A stretch of DNA of 63,832 nt, counting the filler, from Reclinomonas americana ATCC 50394 (lineage: Eukaryota), in NCBI GenBank assembly GCA_048213135.1. It is 15 parts of 15 records of this genome, joined end to end, with 100 filler letters (N's around TTAATTAATTAA, not from the genome) between each part and the next. Parts side by side here need not be neighbours in the genome. Positions count along the whole stretch, not along the records: positions 32,642 to 38,654 come from AFZH01020951.1; positions 38,755 to 43,920 come from AFZH01020952.1; positions 44,021 to 51,687 come from AFZH01020953.1; 12 more parts are not named here. One strand, given 5' to 3'. The translations under genes and the position numbers were made by a program. Positions 33,840 through 48,300 of the stretch are shown here, piece after piece (position 1 is the first letter of the stretch; each line of letters begins with the position of its first letter). Below the pieces are notes generated by a model. That model was not told the DNA's origin. It ran no database searches and saw nothing but the letters and a program-made list of their open reading frames with translations.

Positions 33840-36653
33840 TTAGTAGCGGTACCGCCCGCCGGTGCTGGAATTGTACGGCGATGCGCCGTATCGAGACGAG
33901 TACTCGTTAGTTGAGGTCAAGTTCGTCGTCGTGGTGGTGGAGCTGACAACTCCGGCGTGTCGGCGCGTGCCGCCGACACCGTAATCGACAGTGGCCAGCG
34001 GTGGTGTGCCGACCGGCAACACGCCATACGTTGACGGTGGTGGTGCCGACGACGCAGCGGCGGCGGCAGCCACGGCCGCAAGTCTCGTGTCCAGTGCATT
34101 GCGCAGCTCGGTCTCGGCCGCCGACCGCATCTGCAGCACGTCGAGGCGCGCCCGAGCCCACTGCACCAACACACGCGCTCATTCAGCAAACCCAGCTGTC
34201 GCTTCTCCGACTACCACCACCACCACCAACCTCATTTCGCTCGCGCGCCTCCTCTGCCTCGCGCATGCGCAGCTCCTCGACCTCGCGCTGCAAGGTCACC
34301 AAATCCGCATGCTTCTCCGACAAGCGACGCTCCAGGTCATCGGAGCGCGCTCGCTCACGTTGCAGCTGGTCACTGAGGCTGCGCACGGAATCCTGCGCGT
34401 CGGAGGCGTCGGCCTCGTGCAAACGCGCCTCGGCCACCAAACGCTGCGCACGATCGGCCTCGCTCGCTGCCACTGCCAGCTGATCGGCCAGCCGTCTCTC
34501 CAGTGAGCTCACCAGCTCACGCTGCTCCTTCAACTCCAGCTCCATGGCACGAATGTGTGACTGCGCGAAGCAAAAGGTCAGTCAGTCAGACGACAACACT
34601 GCATCACACACACACACACACATTGCTCTCCCTCGCACCTGCAAGCTCTTGTTCTCCGAATTCGTGTTCGCCAGCATATCCTGCAGCTCCACGACACGAT
34701 TCTGTCCCAAACGCTTCTCGTCCTCCAATCCGGCCACTTCCTGTGCGCGCTTGCGGAGATACGTGTTTGTGCTGGCCAACTCGTCCAGCTTGTCGTTCAA
34801 ATCACGCTGGAGGTTGTCGCGCTCGGCCATCGTCTGCCTCTGCATGTCGCCCAGCATCTGAATCTCTCTTCGTGCGTCACTGAGCAGATTAATGCGGTGG
34901 TCCAGCTCGCGCTTCGTGGCCTCCAGTTCGTCCTTCACATTGGTGTACTTGGCGCCGAGCTCCGTGTAGTCCAACTTCAGTGCCTCGTGTCGGTCGGGGT
35001 GTACCAAGCGCGCCGTCTCCGCATGAGCACTCTGTGGCGAGACAATGAGAAAATCAGTGAATACTCTTTCCCCTTTTGTCTCCCTCTCCCAAAGAAAACG
35101 CACCTCCAACTTTCGCTCCAGAATGTGCACGAGTTCCTGCGTGCCGCTGAGCGCATCGGCCAAATCAACATTCTTCTTGTTGATCCGACTGACTTCCTCC
35201 TGCAGCTCCAGGCACTCGCGCTGGAGCAGCGAACGCTCTCGTTCTGCCTCCCGCAGCCGTCGTGTCATGTTGACCGTGGTCTTGCGAATGAACGCAAGCC
35301 CCTTGCTGGCCGTGTTGATCTGATTGCTCATCGAGTGAGACGACACGCCGCGCAGCTGGCGACGGCGGTCAAACTCGCGCTCGCCACGCGCCAACGCCGC
35401 CACCAAGGCCTGTGAGTGCTCGGCGGAAACATTGACATCGCTCGCTGCGCCAAGGCCAAGCGACGAGACCGGAGTGCCGTCCATGTGAGCCACCAGTCGC
35501 ACAAACATCTCCACCTCGGCGGCCGGCCCGTACGAATCAGTGGAGAGCGGCAAATCTGCAACACGACAACAGAAACAGTAAGCACACTTGTGACTTGTCT
35601 TGTGTGCACCACCCACCACACACGCACCGAGGTCGCGCACTGGATGAGTGGGTGGGGCCAGGAAGACACGATCGGTGCCGATGCGACCCGAGTACGCAAA
35701 CTCAGGCTGCCGACTAGCTAGTCTTATCAGACGGCGCGCGGCAATGACGGCAATGGCTGCACCGCGGAACGACGTGCGCGGCCGCGTGCGACGAAGACGC
35801 TCCTCCTCAATCTCGGCAATGCGGAACTCACCCGTCATGGCCTGCGCCGCAGCACCAACGTCAGTACCCGCCGCCGCGAGCAATGTCAACAAGCATCCAC
35901 ACACACGCGCTCACCAGCACCAACTCCATAATGTTCTGCCGGGTCTTCTCCGACTGTTGCAACTCGCGAGTGAGGATGATCTTTTGCTCCCTCAGCTCCA
36001 CCACGCGCATGCGCAGTGGCCGCAGACCACGGATCAACAGCTTCAGTCCTCTGCGCCACTGAGAATCAGCGCACAGACACCCCACCAGCAATGCAAGGAG
36101 AAGGAGACGCAACGCGACGAGCTGGCGTTGCCGCTCCGCCGAGTCATTCAGCTGTTGTGTGATCAACTCGTTCGACACGTTGACCTTGCGGTTGGTGACG
36201 TTGAGGGCAGAGTTCTCTTGCTGCACGCGACTGAGTACATCCTCCGTGTCCTGCGTAGCGTGACGAAACAGTGAGCCTCACGCTCAGTAATACTTAAAGA
36301 AGCGAAGAAAATAAGTGTCTCGCATCCTCTCTCCCTTTCTGTCCCTCTCTCTGCCTTTCACACTTTCTCTCCCTCTTTTCTCTCCCTCTCTTCTCTGTCT
36401 GCTTGCCAGTCTCTTTTCTTCTGTGTGTCTCTCTCGCACTCTCTCTGCCAACCTTTTCTCTCTCTCCCTCTCCCTCTGTCACCCCACTCCTTCTCCCTCT
36501 CCTCTCTCTCTCTCTCTTTGTCCTTCTGTCCCTCTCCCTCTGTCTCCCCACTCCTTCTCCCTCTCGCACTCATCTTTCTGTCTGTTCTGGCTGACGGATT
36601 TCCTCCCGCATCTGTCTGTCTCTCTCCCTCCCTCTCCATCTGTCTTCCTCTCA

Positions 36654-36697
<44 letters not shown>

Positions 36698-38055
36698 CCT
36701 CTGTCAATCTATCTCTCTTCATCGCCCTCTCGCACTCATCTTTCTGTCTGTCTTGCCTGTTCTCTTTTCCCCTGTGTCTGTCTGTCTCTCTCCCTCCCTC
36801 GCCCTCTGTCTCCCCTCTTTATCCGTCTTCCCCTCACTCTCCCTCTTTCTCTCTTTGTCCCTCTGCCAATCTATTTCTCTCCGTCTCCCTCTCGCACTCA
36901 TCTTTCTGTCTGTTTTGCCTGGCGGTTTTCCTCCCACGTCTATCTGTCTCTCTCCCTCCCTCTCCCTCTCCCTCTCCCTCTCCCTCTCCCTCTCCTCTGT
37001 CTCCCCTCTCCGCCCCACAACTCACCCGCAGGCGGTGATGAAGCTCGCTAACAATCTCGCTGTGGATGCGCTCCAAATCCTGCCTCTGCTCCTCCAGCGC
37101 CAGAGTCTTGGATCGCTCCAGTTCGGCTTGTACTCGTTGAGCCTGCTCCCAGAACATAATCAGCACATCAAGCAGGAGAGAGCGAGGGCGAGTTGCGCGA
37201 TTCACGCAACATTCTCCCACGACTCCTGCAACGACTGCTGCGTCTGCACCAACTTCTTGTCGAGTTCGTTGCGCACAGACTGCTCCAGTCGCAGTTCCTG
37301 TAACAACACGCACAACATGCACAGCGTGAGAACGAGAGAAAAGGAAGAGTGAGGGCAGTCACACCGACCTTACGTAGGCTCTCGCGCGTGATAATCGCGT
37401 TCGTGACTTCCTCCGTGATGGAGGCCTTGACACTCGCCCAGGAGGCGTCGTCGGGTACCATGCGACTGCAGAGATGAAGCAAAAAGATCAGCTGATTGCA
37501 CTCCCCATGTGCAAGCAATGCTTCGACGAAACGATCGACCAGGCGACATGGCATCCATGCGGTTGGAGTCCTGCAACTGGCGCACCATCGATGCTACAAA
37601 ATCGGTGCGCTCGTGCAAATGGTCTTCCAGCTGACGAATACGGCCACGATTCTCGGTGCACTGGTTCTCCAGCTGTGCGCGCTCGTCGCTGAGGAGGCGA
37701 ACCTTGACCTGAATGTCGACCAGTTCGCGCTTGACCTGCACACACGCCCCTTCACATCAGCGACGAGTTCTATTTCCCACTTTCTCTCTCCCTCCCTCCC
37801 TCTCTCCTCCTCCTCCTCTTCCTCTTCTTCTTCTTCTCCCTCTCTTTCTCTCTCCCTCCCTCCCTCCCCTCTCCCTCCCTCTCCCTCATGCACTCCCACG
37901 CAACATCCAAAATCTCCTTGTGGAGCTCAGCACGCTCGCGTTCCTTGTTTGCCGCATACTGCTTCGTGCTCTCCAGCTCCTGATGCAGCGCGCGTGTGCG
38001 ATCGCGCAACAGTCGAACCTACACATACATACATACATACATACATACACACACA

Positions 38056-38107
<52 letters not shown>

Positions 38108-38969
38108 AAAAACAAACAAACAAATACAAAACGCAGTGAGAAACACCATCCTAGACGCGGAGTCTCCCTTTGACTCTCCCCCCCTCTCCCTTTCTCTCTC
38201 CCCACAAACCTCATGCAGCGAATCGCGAATGCGATCCTTCACTCCAATCACCGTGTTGCGCATCGACTCCATGTGCAGGAAGCGCGACGGACTGGTCTCC
38301 ACCAAAATCGACGGGTCACCACCCGAGCCCGACAACTCCGCCTCCACTTGTCGCGAGATCAGACCCAGCTCGCTGTTCAGCTGCGCCACGGCCTCATCGT
38401 GCCGACGACGAATTTCATGCTCGTCTTGTTGCACCTGTGACGCACACGTGTGTGTCAGTCGCCCCTCCCGCAATACACCGCCACCTCCCACTATTCTCCA
38501 CCACACCTGATGCAGCTCATCGCGAAGTCTCTGCACGGCACCACGGTACTCCTCCACCTCCGCACTGAGGAACTCGACCTGACGACGCTTGTCGACGAGC
38601 TCCGACGACGGACTGCGGATGCCAGCATAGCGGTTGGTGAGCTCCTGAATGTGGNNNNNNNNNNNNNNNNNNNNNNNNNNNNNNNNNNNNNNNNNNNNTT
38701 AATTAATTAANNNNNNNNNNNNNNNNNNNNNNNNNNNNNNNNNNNNNNNNNNNNTCAATGAGCGGAAATCGATCGCGCGAATGATGATGATGACAAAGCC
38801 GAACCTCATAGGTGGCCACGCGCGATGGACCAGTCGGCGTCGAGAGGGACGCTGGTGGCGGGTTGTACAATGGACGCGATCGACCGGGCGATCCATACGC
38901 GCCTCCTGCTGTTGCAGATGACGACGATCGCACTGGCGATGCCGAGTGCAAGTGGCGTCGATGATCCAT
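33840..38969 (-). CDS. Large coiled-coil protein, CCDC171-like (spans a gap)
   Basis: Many E/L/R-rich heptad exons; FRGAAIAVIAARRL resembles a motif recalled from CCDC171. Confidence 0.55.
36310..37010. repeat. Intronic CT-rich low-complexity minisatellite
   Basis: CTCTCGCACTCATCTTTCTGTCTG recurs near 36561, 36727 and 36890 within (CT)n tracts. Confidence 0.8.
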
Positions 38970-39384
38970 CCTGCTTCTCTGTCTCCAGCAGAACAGAGGA
39001 AAAGAGAACGAAAAGAGTGAGTGAAACGGTCATGGCGGGAACATCCCCGCACACACACACACACACAATCCGCGCTTTTCGCGTTGATCGCAAACGCGGT
39101 GGATGAGCGACTCTCTTGGTATGTCATGCGACCGGGAACACAGCACGTGCATCACACGCACAATCACACACAAACACGACACGGCCATTTCGCGCGCGCG
39201 TGTGCAACAGAAAGCAAAAGAGAGAGAGAAACCGCACACGCACAGCATGCACACACGCTCTCGCTCTACGCCCACATGCACACACGACAATGCATCATGC
39301 ACACTCACCGACCAAAAGCGCGCGATGGACTGTGACAAATAGAAACGAGACAATACCGCTCGCCACTCACAATCTGTCCTCGCT

Positions 39385-40847
39385 ATGCTTTCCTTGCGAC
39401 GACACTCTCTTCTCCTCCCTCTCTCCTCCCTCTCTCGTCGCCTTCTCAGCTCCGTCCGCAATGCGCCTGGAGATGCCACCTTTACTCCACACCCCGAGAC
39501 CATTGCATTGGCCGATCGCATCATTGAGAGAGGACTGGACGATCGGCGAGCAATCGCACAAGCGCTCTCACTGAGTTTCGCGCGCAAGCCACCTCTCCTC
39601 CGTTATGTAGTGCGTGGCTTTACGGTGCAAATAATGCAGTGGAGAATCAGCGCGCGGATCAGCAAGTGCAAGCCGACTTTCTGTTGAGTCGACTGTACGC
39701 GCACACGTTGCCGCCGGCGGTGAGCGAGGAGCAAGTACGACGGTTTCGCACGTTTCGCGTCGGCATCAGTGGGACACCCGGTGAGTCGAAGGGACGCAGT
39801 GATTGCAGTGTTGTCCTTGTTGCTGAGGAGGAAAACTGCGCATTGCAGGCGCCGGTAAGTCGACGTTCATCGAGGCGCTTGGCTTGCATCTGACGGCGAC
39901 GGGACATCGCGTGGGCGTGCTGGCCGTGGATCCTTCGTCGGTCCGCACCGGTGGATCGATCATGGGCGACAAGACGCGCATGGTGCACTTGTCCAACGAC
40001 CCTAATGCGTTTGTACGACCGTCGCCGACGCGGGGCACGCTGGGCGGCATCACGGAGCACACGACAGAGATGATTATGGTGCTGGAGGCGGCGGGGTTTG
40101 ATGTGATTCTGGTGGAGACGGTGGGCGTCGGGCAGAGTGAGCTGGTGGTCGACACGGTGTGCGACATGACGGCGTTGCTGGTGAATCCGGGCTCCGGCGA
40201 CGACTTGCAGGGCATGAAGAAGGGCATTATGGAGATTGCCGACGCGGTCATCATCAACAAGGCGGATGGGACGTTGTTGCCGGCGGCGCGGCAGTCGTTT
40301 GTGCAGTACTCGTCGGCGGTGCGGCTGATGCGGCCCAAGATTCCGCAGTGGACGACGCCCGTGATGCTGTGCTCGAGTTTTGACCGCGAGTTGGTGGCCA
40401 AGGTGTGGGTCGAGTTTGCCAAGTTCAAGGATACGTGTGAGGTGAGGGGGTGGAGGAGGGGGAAGAGGATGCAGGACGACGAGTGAGACTGAGGAAGAGA
40501 CGGAGAATGAGAAGTGCAGGAGGAGAGGAAAGGAAGAGTTCTCAACACTGTTTTGCGTGTCACAGTCGACGGGCGTGTTTGCCAAGAAGCGAACGCAGCA
40601 GCGACACGATTGGATCGTGCAGCAGGTGGAGCGCGAACTGCGATACACGTTGCGTGGCCTCCGCCGTTCCCCGCCCCTCCCACTCTCCCTCTGTCTCATT
40701 CATCTTCCACACAGTCTGTTCCGCGATGAACAAATTCGCGCGTTTGTGAAGCAAGCGCAGGAGAATGCGGTGGCCGGACTCATCACGGCACACGACGCCG
40801 CGCAGCAGATTGTCAACTTCATTCGACGGTCGCCGGCGCCGTCATGA
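39385..40847 (+). CDS. MMAA: Methylmalonyl-CoA mutase-associated GTPase MMAA/MeaB, mitochondrial
   Basis: Presequence-like [78 protein letters not shown]. Confidence 0.97.
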
Positions 40848-40899
40848 GACGACAACAATAACAAGGCAATATTTTCACTTTCATTTTCAATGTGGTGCA

Positions 40900-43800
40900 T
40901 TAGGTGGGGCCAGGTGGGAAGCGCAGCGACATTTCTGTGAGGAAGGGAAGGTGGTCAGCATCGTGCACGGATATCCGATTTTGCGGGCGGCAAAGCACGC
41001 AACGCTTGACAATCTTCGGTCGCGCAAACGTTCCCTGCGTCTCTCCACGCAGTAGCCGACTGCGCATTGACGCGGCACTACGACCGGCACCGCTACTCAC
41101 ACGCACACATACACGAGAGAGAAAGGAATGAGAACAAGATGAGAGAAGGGCGGAGGAGGAAAAAAACTCACCGTCCCTCGCCACTGGCACCGGGTGGGCG
41201 ACCGGCTCGCAGGGGGAGCGCGCGCACGGATTCGGTGGCCGGCGCAGCAAAGCGGGCACGTGGCCGACTGGCCTCCACTTTCTCGCCCTGCCCCTCTCCT
41301 CCCTCCTGCGCCTCCTCGTCCGTGTCCTCACCAGCGTCGTCCTCGTCGACACTACTCTCCGACATGTCGTCTGCGTCGCCGCCACCCCCGCCAGCGTCTG
41401 TCGCCACAGCGCCACCGACAGAGAGGGGGTCGGAAGTCGGCACCGGCACCAACGTCATGCTGGGTAGCGGCGGGAAGGCGAGGTGTGGCGGCTCGCCTCC
41501 CCACGCCGACTTGGGCGTAAAGTCGACAGCCGAGTCGATGGTCACCATGATACCGGGCGCCTCACTTGCCGCCAGCGGGCTGCTCGGCGACAGACCCATC
41601 GGGTCACGCAGGACAGCCAACTCCTCGTCGGCACTGCTCGGTGACGTCCGGTCTCCTCGTGAGCCTGCGCGGAGAGAGAGCGAGGAAGAGGTGACAGGGT
41701 TCTTAATAAGAAAATATACACGCAGCATTTTTAACACACGGAGACGCACTTGTGCTGTCGCCACTGCCTGTCGTGTCGCGACCACGAGCCGCTAGGCGCT
41801 GGTGCAACTTGAGCAGGTTGTCGTGTAATGACTCGTTGTCGGCGCGCAGCAGCCGCAGTTCCACGGCCTGGCTGGTGAGGGCACGCAATTGCCACGCCGA
41901 GTCGTCCAAGTCGGACTTCAAGTGCTCAAACGTCTCGCGAGGCTCGCTGGTCAACGCGCCATGTGCCACATCAATGCACTGATCGACACCCTCGGCCACC
42001 GAGGTCTCCCACTTTTGCCGCGTCACCGCCACCTCCCGAATCACCCGCGCCTTCTGCGCTCGCGCAGGAAGAAGGGTGAGCAAGTGAAAATCGCGCACAG
42101 GGGGGAAGGGCCACCACTCAACTTCGCGCTCCAGTGAGTCGGCGGCCGCCGCATCAATGCGACGCAATGCAGCTGCACGCACAACGGTGAATAAGCGGGG
42201 TGTAGATTGTCAAAAAATTATGAAGGACTCTGTCTGGCACTCACCTTCGTATTTGGAGACCAAGTCCAGCAGCTGTGTTTCCGCATGCAGCAGCGCCTCA
42301 CTGGTCGACAGCTTCACGCGCTCGTCCAGATCCCGCAGCGCTTGCTGCACTGGCGCCGCCTCGTCTGCGGCTGTTGCGGAACCGCCGCCACCGGCAGCCG
42401 TCGTCGGTGGTCGTGCTGCAGAATACGAGCGGGGATGAGAGAAAGAGAGAGGGCGTGTGGAAGCACAGCAGGCAAGACACACCACTCTGGTTCTTGGCTC
42501 TCCTCAGTTGCCCTGCACCGAGCGAGCGTTCAGTCAGCAAACCACAAAAAAAACAACAACAACCAATCGACCCCATCACGCAACGTCTCAATGATTGATT
42601 CCGCGTTCGCAACTGAATCATATCGGTGGTGGAGTTGTCCTTGGTTTGCTGCATGGCGGCCAGGTGAGCGCGCATGGCAGTCATGCGACTCTGCGGCGCA
42701 GCGTGAGGGGCGCGAAAACAACGCTAAAACACACATGCAAACGCGAAAGGCCACCTTGAGAATATTTAAGTCGCCGGCCTGCTGCTCATTCATCAATCGT
42801 TCGGAGGCGAGCTGACTTTGTGTGATGCGCAGTTCCTTGGTGAGCTCAATCACCACCAAGTTCTACACGCACACGCGCACACACGAGTGAGCACACACAC
42901 ACACGAGCGTGCAAGAGAACACACACAGACACAGAGAGAGAGACACACACACCATCTTATCGCAGTTCTCGCAATAGTCATAGTCACGCGCCCCTCCAAA
43001 CGACTCCACCGATGGTGGCGGCCCCCCACGCAACGAGGCCAGCGAGCGCAACGAATCACCTCGCGACATTCCACTCCCATACGCCATCGATCCCTCTGCG
43101 TGCCCTCCAAGATCCCAGTTCGCATTCGCCTGCGACAGACATTAGACAGACAGCGTGCGATGAGCAGGGCGACACACCACTCGCTTGATGCGATGAGGGA
43201 GTGTGTGTGAGAGAGAGAGAGCGAGAGACAGAATGGGGGATCGCACCAGTGCCGCTCGCAAATCGCTGAGATCGCTGGCCTGCAGCTCATCCGGCTGCGA
43301 GCTATTACTGCGCGGGCGACTCATGTGCAAGCCCACAGCTGCTGCTGAGGCATATGACATGGCATTGGCGGCAGTCGATCGCCGACCAGAGCCCCGACCA
43401 CCCTTGCAAAGAGACAAGTAAGACAAGCACACAGACAGGCAGAGACACAAAGAGAGAATGAGCGCTCACAGGTGAGGACACAGGCGAGGCCCGCGGAGAC
43501 ACACGCGAGTTGACAGTGAGCGAGGCCGGTAAAGTCGCGGCCATTGAGCGATTGCTAAACACAAGAACTCAGTCTATCAGATTGATTGTGTAAACACACA
43601 ATGCACACACAATGCACAATGCACGCAACATGAGTGCAGAGACGGGCATTGAGCTGCGCCGCGCAGCTGAAGTCGGCGACACCGACTCGTCCTCGGTGAG
43701 CACCACATGTCGCGCCAAGTGATACAGACTGGAGGGGCGACCGAGAGGAGAGCTCGCCCCCTCTCCTCCTCCTCCTCCTCCTGTTGTTGTTGCTGAAGGA

Positions 43801-43920
43801 GGAGGAGGCACAGAGGAAGGAGGAGAGATTGTGGGTGCAGAGGCAGTGACACCTGCTCGTTGATGATGATGCTGATGATGTGCTCGGCGTGCGGCGGCGA
43901 CTGCTGCAGCTGCGGCCTCG
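40900..43920 (-). CDS. Uncharacterised low-complexity/coiled-coil protein (5' end in gap)
   Basis: Chain of GT-AG exons such as ELTKELRITQSQLASERLMNEQQAGDLNILK and VQQALRDLDERVKLSTSEALLHAETQLLDL. Confidence 0.5.
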
Positions 43921-44049
43921 NNNNNNNNNNNNNNNNNNNNNNNNNNNNNNNNNNNNNNNNNNNNTTAATTAATTAANNNNNNNNNNNNNNNNNNNNNNNN
44001 NNNNNNNNNNNNNNNNNNNNAGCGTGTGTGAGAGAGATGAAGAGAATGT

Positions 44050-45107
44050 AGTGTGTGGAGAAGGTGACGAAACCAATCGATCCAAGAAACCCTCGTGTCG
44101 GAAGCACAGAGAACACTCGGGCATCACACGAAGGAACTCCTCCACGGCATGCACAAAATCGAAAATGTACTCGCACAGGTCCGCAAACTCCTCTCCATCG
44201 GCTGCTCCTCACCGAGCAATGCATGAGAGAGAGACAGGCACAACGTGTGACACGGCGCACCATCAAAGGAAAAACTCACCTCGCTGTCGCACCAGAGCCT
44301 TGCGCTGATCGGCCATCTCGCCCAGCGCACGAGCCATCGCTCCCACCGAGTGCGTCAGATCCTGCAAGTACGCCGGCTGCGCAACGACCACGCGCTGCAG
44401 CAAATCCCGACACGCCATTGGCGCCGAGCGGCCATATACCGCGCACACATCAATCATCTTTGGCACATCAAAGATCCAGTTGTCGTAGATGCACTGCGCA
44501 AACCACTCCGGCTCCAGCCACTCTCCACTCGCCGCCTCCGTCAGCACCGTCAAGCGATGCAGCACCGCAAAGCACTTGCTCATAAGCTCGCGATACCAGC
44601 GCACAGATATGCCGCTCATGAGGGCCGACTGCACGCGCCAACGCGGATCGTACGACTTGGTGGCGTAGCGCAGAAACGTGTCGAGAAACACACTCAGTGA
44701 CGGATCAAAGAGCACATGTGACCAGAATCCGTGCATGGGGAGGCGCAGAAGCACCGACAAATCGTCGCACATGACCTGCAACGCTCTCTGCTCGGTCTCA
44801 TTGCTGTGAGAAAAAAAAAAGGCATTCAAATTTAGCTCCCACTCTTGACATGTCGACCTGCAGCACACACACACTCTCTCTTTCTCTCGCACGCGCGCAC
44901 TTACCCATCCAGCTGTGGCTGCATGGCAAACGGCATAAAGTCAATGTCGCGCAGGAAGTGTGCGCTGAGCAGAGGCACTTCTTGCGCTTGCCCGCCAACC
45001 ACCACGCGCCCTGTTCGTCGATTGAGAGGAACAGCTGCTGGTGCTGGTGCTGCTGCTGCTGATGCACTAGAGGCACCCTCTGCGGGCGAGTCTGCAGCAG
45101 AAGCCAT
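44050..45107 (-). CDS. ASCC2: Activating signal cointegrator 1 complex subunit 2, N-terminal part
   Basis: DLSVLLRLPMHGFWSHVLFDPSLSVFLDTFL..VLHRL..FAQCIYDNWIFDVPKMIDVCAVYG matches the ASCC2 N-terminal region; the CUE domain is not seen (gap). Confidence 0.85.
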
Positions 45108-45379
45108 GGCTCAAGAGAGAAGAGAGGGGCAAAGACGTCGCGTCCTCTGAGAAGGCAACAACTGATAAGTCGTAATTCGACTCGTGCGCGCGCTGCCAGT
45201 GATGCCGAGCGAGCTTTCCGGTCTTTGAACGCCAAGTGGGTGTCGAGAGTGTTGCTTTCGACAAGAGCAAACAACGTCGAGTCCCGAACCGTAATTCTTC
45301 GCGCCAAAAAATACAAGTTATTTGTGCGTTTGCTCATCTGCGCATTCATTCGGTTGCCCTTGCCTCCATCCTCTCGGGA

Positions 45380-48300
45380 ATGTCTGTGATGAAGATGCGG
45401 GTGCAGAGAGTGCATGCGTGTGCTCCTCCTCCTCTGCTCGCACGCGGCAGACAAGGGCGACGGAAGCGCCAGCACCGAGACAGCGCTCTCTGGCCACTGC
45501 TGTCACCAGCACTGTGCCTTCTGCTTGCAATGCTCCTCTTCTCGTGCGCGACGATCTCATGCGTGAGTGGCAATGATCGCGGTATCAGAGAGGATGACGA
45601 TGACTACGACGGCAAAGTTGCGGCTCGAACCACCCCGCTGAGATGCTCATCTGAGTGCTCATTGTCTCACTTGTGTGTGCCGTGTGTCTGCGGCGGTAAA
45701 CATCGCAGTGGAGGGCGGCTGTGACGCCCGACATCCGATTTGTCAACATGGATGGTGTGTGCGTGTGTCTGTGATTCATGTGATGCATTGCATTGCTCAC
45801 GGACCACGGTGGTGTTGGCGGCAGGCGTCCTTCCGCCCTCATGGGCGACGGAAAGCAAGTACAAAACTCTGGCGACAACAATCACCTCTGTGACTCCCCG
45901 ATTCGCCTCCACTGCACCGTGAGTTTCCTTCCCTCACCCTCCATTTCTCTCGCTGTCCCGCAAGTGCACTCACCTCTCACGCACGATAGGTATCGCCGCT
46001 TCACCATCACCGGGACCGAGTTGATCGACAACAGCAGCGATGCTGGCATGGTGGGATTCATTGTCGAGGGGGCCACGGGAGGGTGCATCGCCTCCAATTT
46101 TGTGTGGGGATATTCACCACCGAGTGGAGGCAGCGGCAAGTCGACAACTTCACCAACATCATCCTTGTCCACACCATGGACAGCAGAGGAAGAGGACCCA
46201 CCGCGGGCGTCGTCGACGCACCAACGAGTTGGTCTTCGTGTCGCACCCTCCACCATTGTATTCACCAAAGTCACATCTCTCGCGGCTGGTGTGTATCGCA
46301 TGTGCATTCGCTGGGCACCCACCTCTGCGTACGTGGCGGTCGATGGCTCTTTTCAAGTGACTGCCGTCGGTCGGTGCACGCTGGCCGGCGGTTCGACTGT
46401 CGGGTCGACAAACGGCAACGCCATCACTCAGGCTCTATTCAACAGCCCGTTCGGAGTCGTGCGTGACAGCGACGGCGGGTGGTTTGTGAGCGACAGCGTT
46501 GCGTAGCACCCGTGCAATAATGGAGGTACAAGCAGTCGACCTGAAACTGATTAGCGCTTATGTTCACAGAATACGCACAAAATTCGTCGCATCACACTCT
46601 CCGGTTACGTTTACGACTTTGCCGGCAGCGGTACATCGGGAACTACGAACGGATTTCGTACAGCTGCCAAGTTCAACGGACCCAGTGCTCTCATGCTCGA
46701 CTCGGATTACCTTTACATTGCGGATGCCAACAATTCCTGCATTCGCCGTGCGGCGGCGGACGGCACAGTCTCCACGTTTGTTGGAACTTGCGGATCTTCA
46801 GCGGCAGTTGACGGAGCGTTTGCCAGCGCAAAGTTCGGCACCGTCACTTACCTCTCTGGCACTGGCAGTCGCATGTACGCGAACGATTCCAGCAACAACC
46901 GCGTGCGCCTTGTCGATACGAACTCCGGTTGCGTGCAGTATTCCCTGTTATCAGTCTGTTTCGTGAAGTATTCACTCAGGAAGACTCACACAGGCACGAT
47001 ATCCACAATTGCCGGAGACGGCAGCTCATCGACAGTTGTCGGCACTCTCCCGGCTTCCGTAAAGCAGCCTGCTGGAGTCGCGGTTTCGCCCGACAGCAGT
47101 GCAGTCTACGTTGCAGATGCGACGAATGCGATCCTTGCAGCAAACTTCGCCACCAACGCACTGGAGCAGGAGGCTGGCAGCAGTGCTGGTCTTTCAGGCC
47201 TCCTTGACGGGTGGTCGGCGTTTGTCAGCACGCTGCCACGCGCGTTGTTTTCGTCTCCGGGCGGTCTGGCATTCGACAAGTGGGGTTCTCTTGTGATTGC
47301 CGATATGGTGTGTGCTGTGTGCCTCACTTGGGAACTCCCGATTAATGATACTCACCCTGTGCAGTCCAACAATGCCGTCCGCGAAATGACAGTCGATGGC
47401 TACGTGTCTACACTGGCCTCGTCCATCACAAGCCCCAAGGTCCCCTTCGTAGATTTTGATGGCGCCACGGTGTTTGTACCGTATGCAGTTGCGGTGGCTG
47501 TGGTTTCTCCACCATGGCCAGCCACCACTCTCTTACTCACAGACGAGTGCACGCAGGGCTCTGGTCCACGAATCGACGCTCTCTACGTCGGCAGTTGCGT
47601 CGCCACTGTGCAGTTCCAACCTCTTCAGACTGACGTTGTCTCTGACAGGCATTCAACGACCTTTGCACAGGTGCTGTTTTGACCCTGACCCCTCACGCAC
47701 TGGCCCCGAACTCCGGAACGCAACAAGTGACCATTCGCGGCTGCTCACTGATGGATTTGTCATCAGTCTCGTACGCCTATCTCCTTGTGCAGTCGACTAT
47801 GGACTACGCAGCCGCAGTTGTTCCGAGCACGAACCCGAGCGTAACTGGCGTCAACTTTGTCGACTCGAGCACGGTTGTTCTCAGCATCGACACCACCAAC
47901 GCGCTGACGGGCAACTTCAACTTGTGTTATCGGATACGCATGGGCAAGACGCCTTTCGTGCAGAAAGCCGTTCTTCGAATGTGGCGTGTGGACAGTCTGT
48001 CGCCCACGAAACTGTATGCGCGCTCGGGAGGAGTGGTTGCCGTACTTGGTGTCGGACTCCCAGACGTCACATCGCGCGCATCCTCTGCAGTCACAGTCGG
48101 CATCGGCAGCTCATGTGCCTCGCTGACCAGCACGCTCACTGCAACAGTCACGTATGTGAGCTCGACACGGTTTACGATAACTATCGGCGTGGCTGCGTCA
48201 GCCGGCACATACACCGTGTGCTTTGATGACGACTCGACTGCGTCGGCTGCGGTGATTGGCACCATTGTTTTCTGTTGCGTCTCTCTTGTCTTGTTCTCGA

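Noticed and set aside
36294..37352. Long L/S-rich or R/E-rich ORFs over (CT)n/(GA)n tracts (also near 13.5-14.4, 17.9-18.2 and 32.0-32.9 kb)
   Set aside because: Translations of intronic microsatellites that lack stop codons by composition
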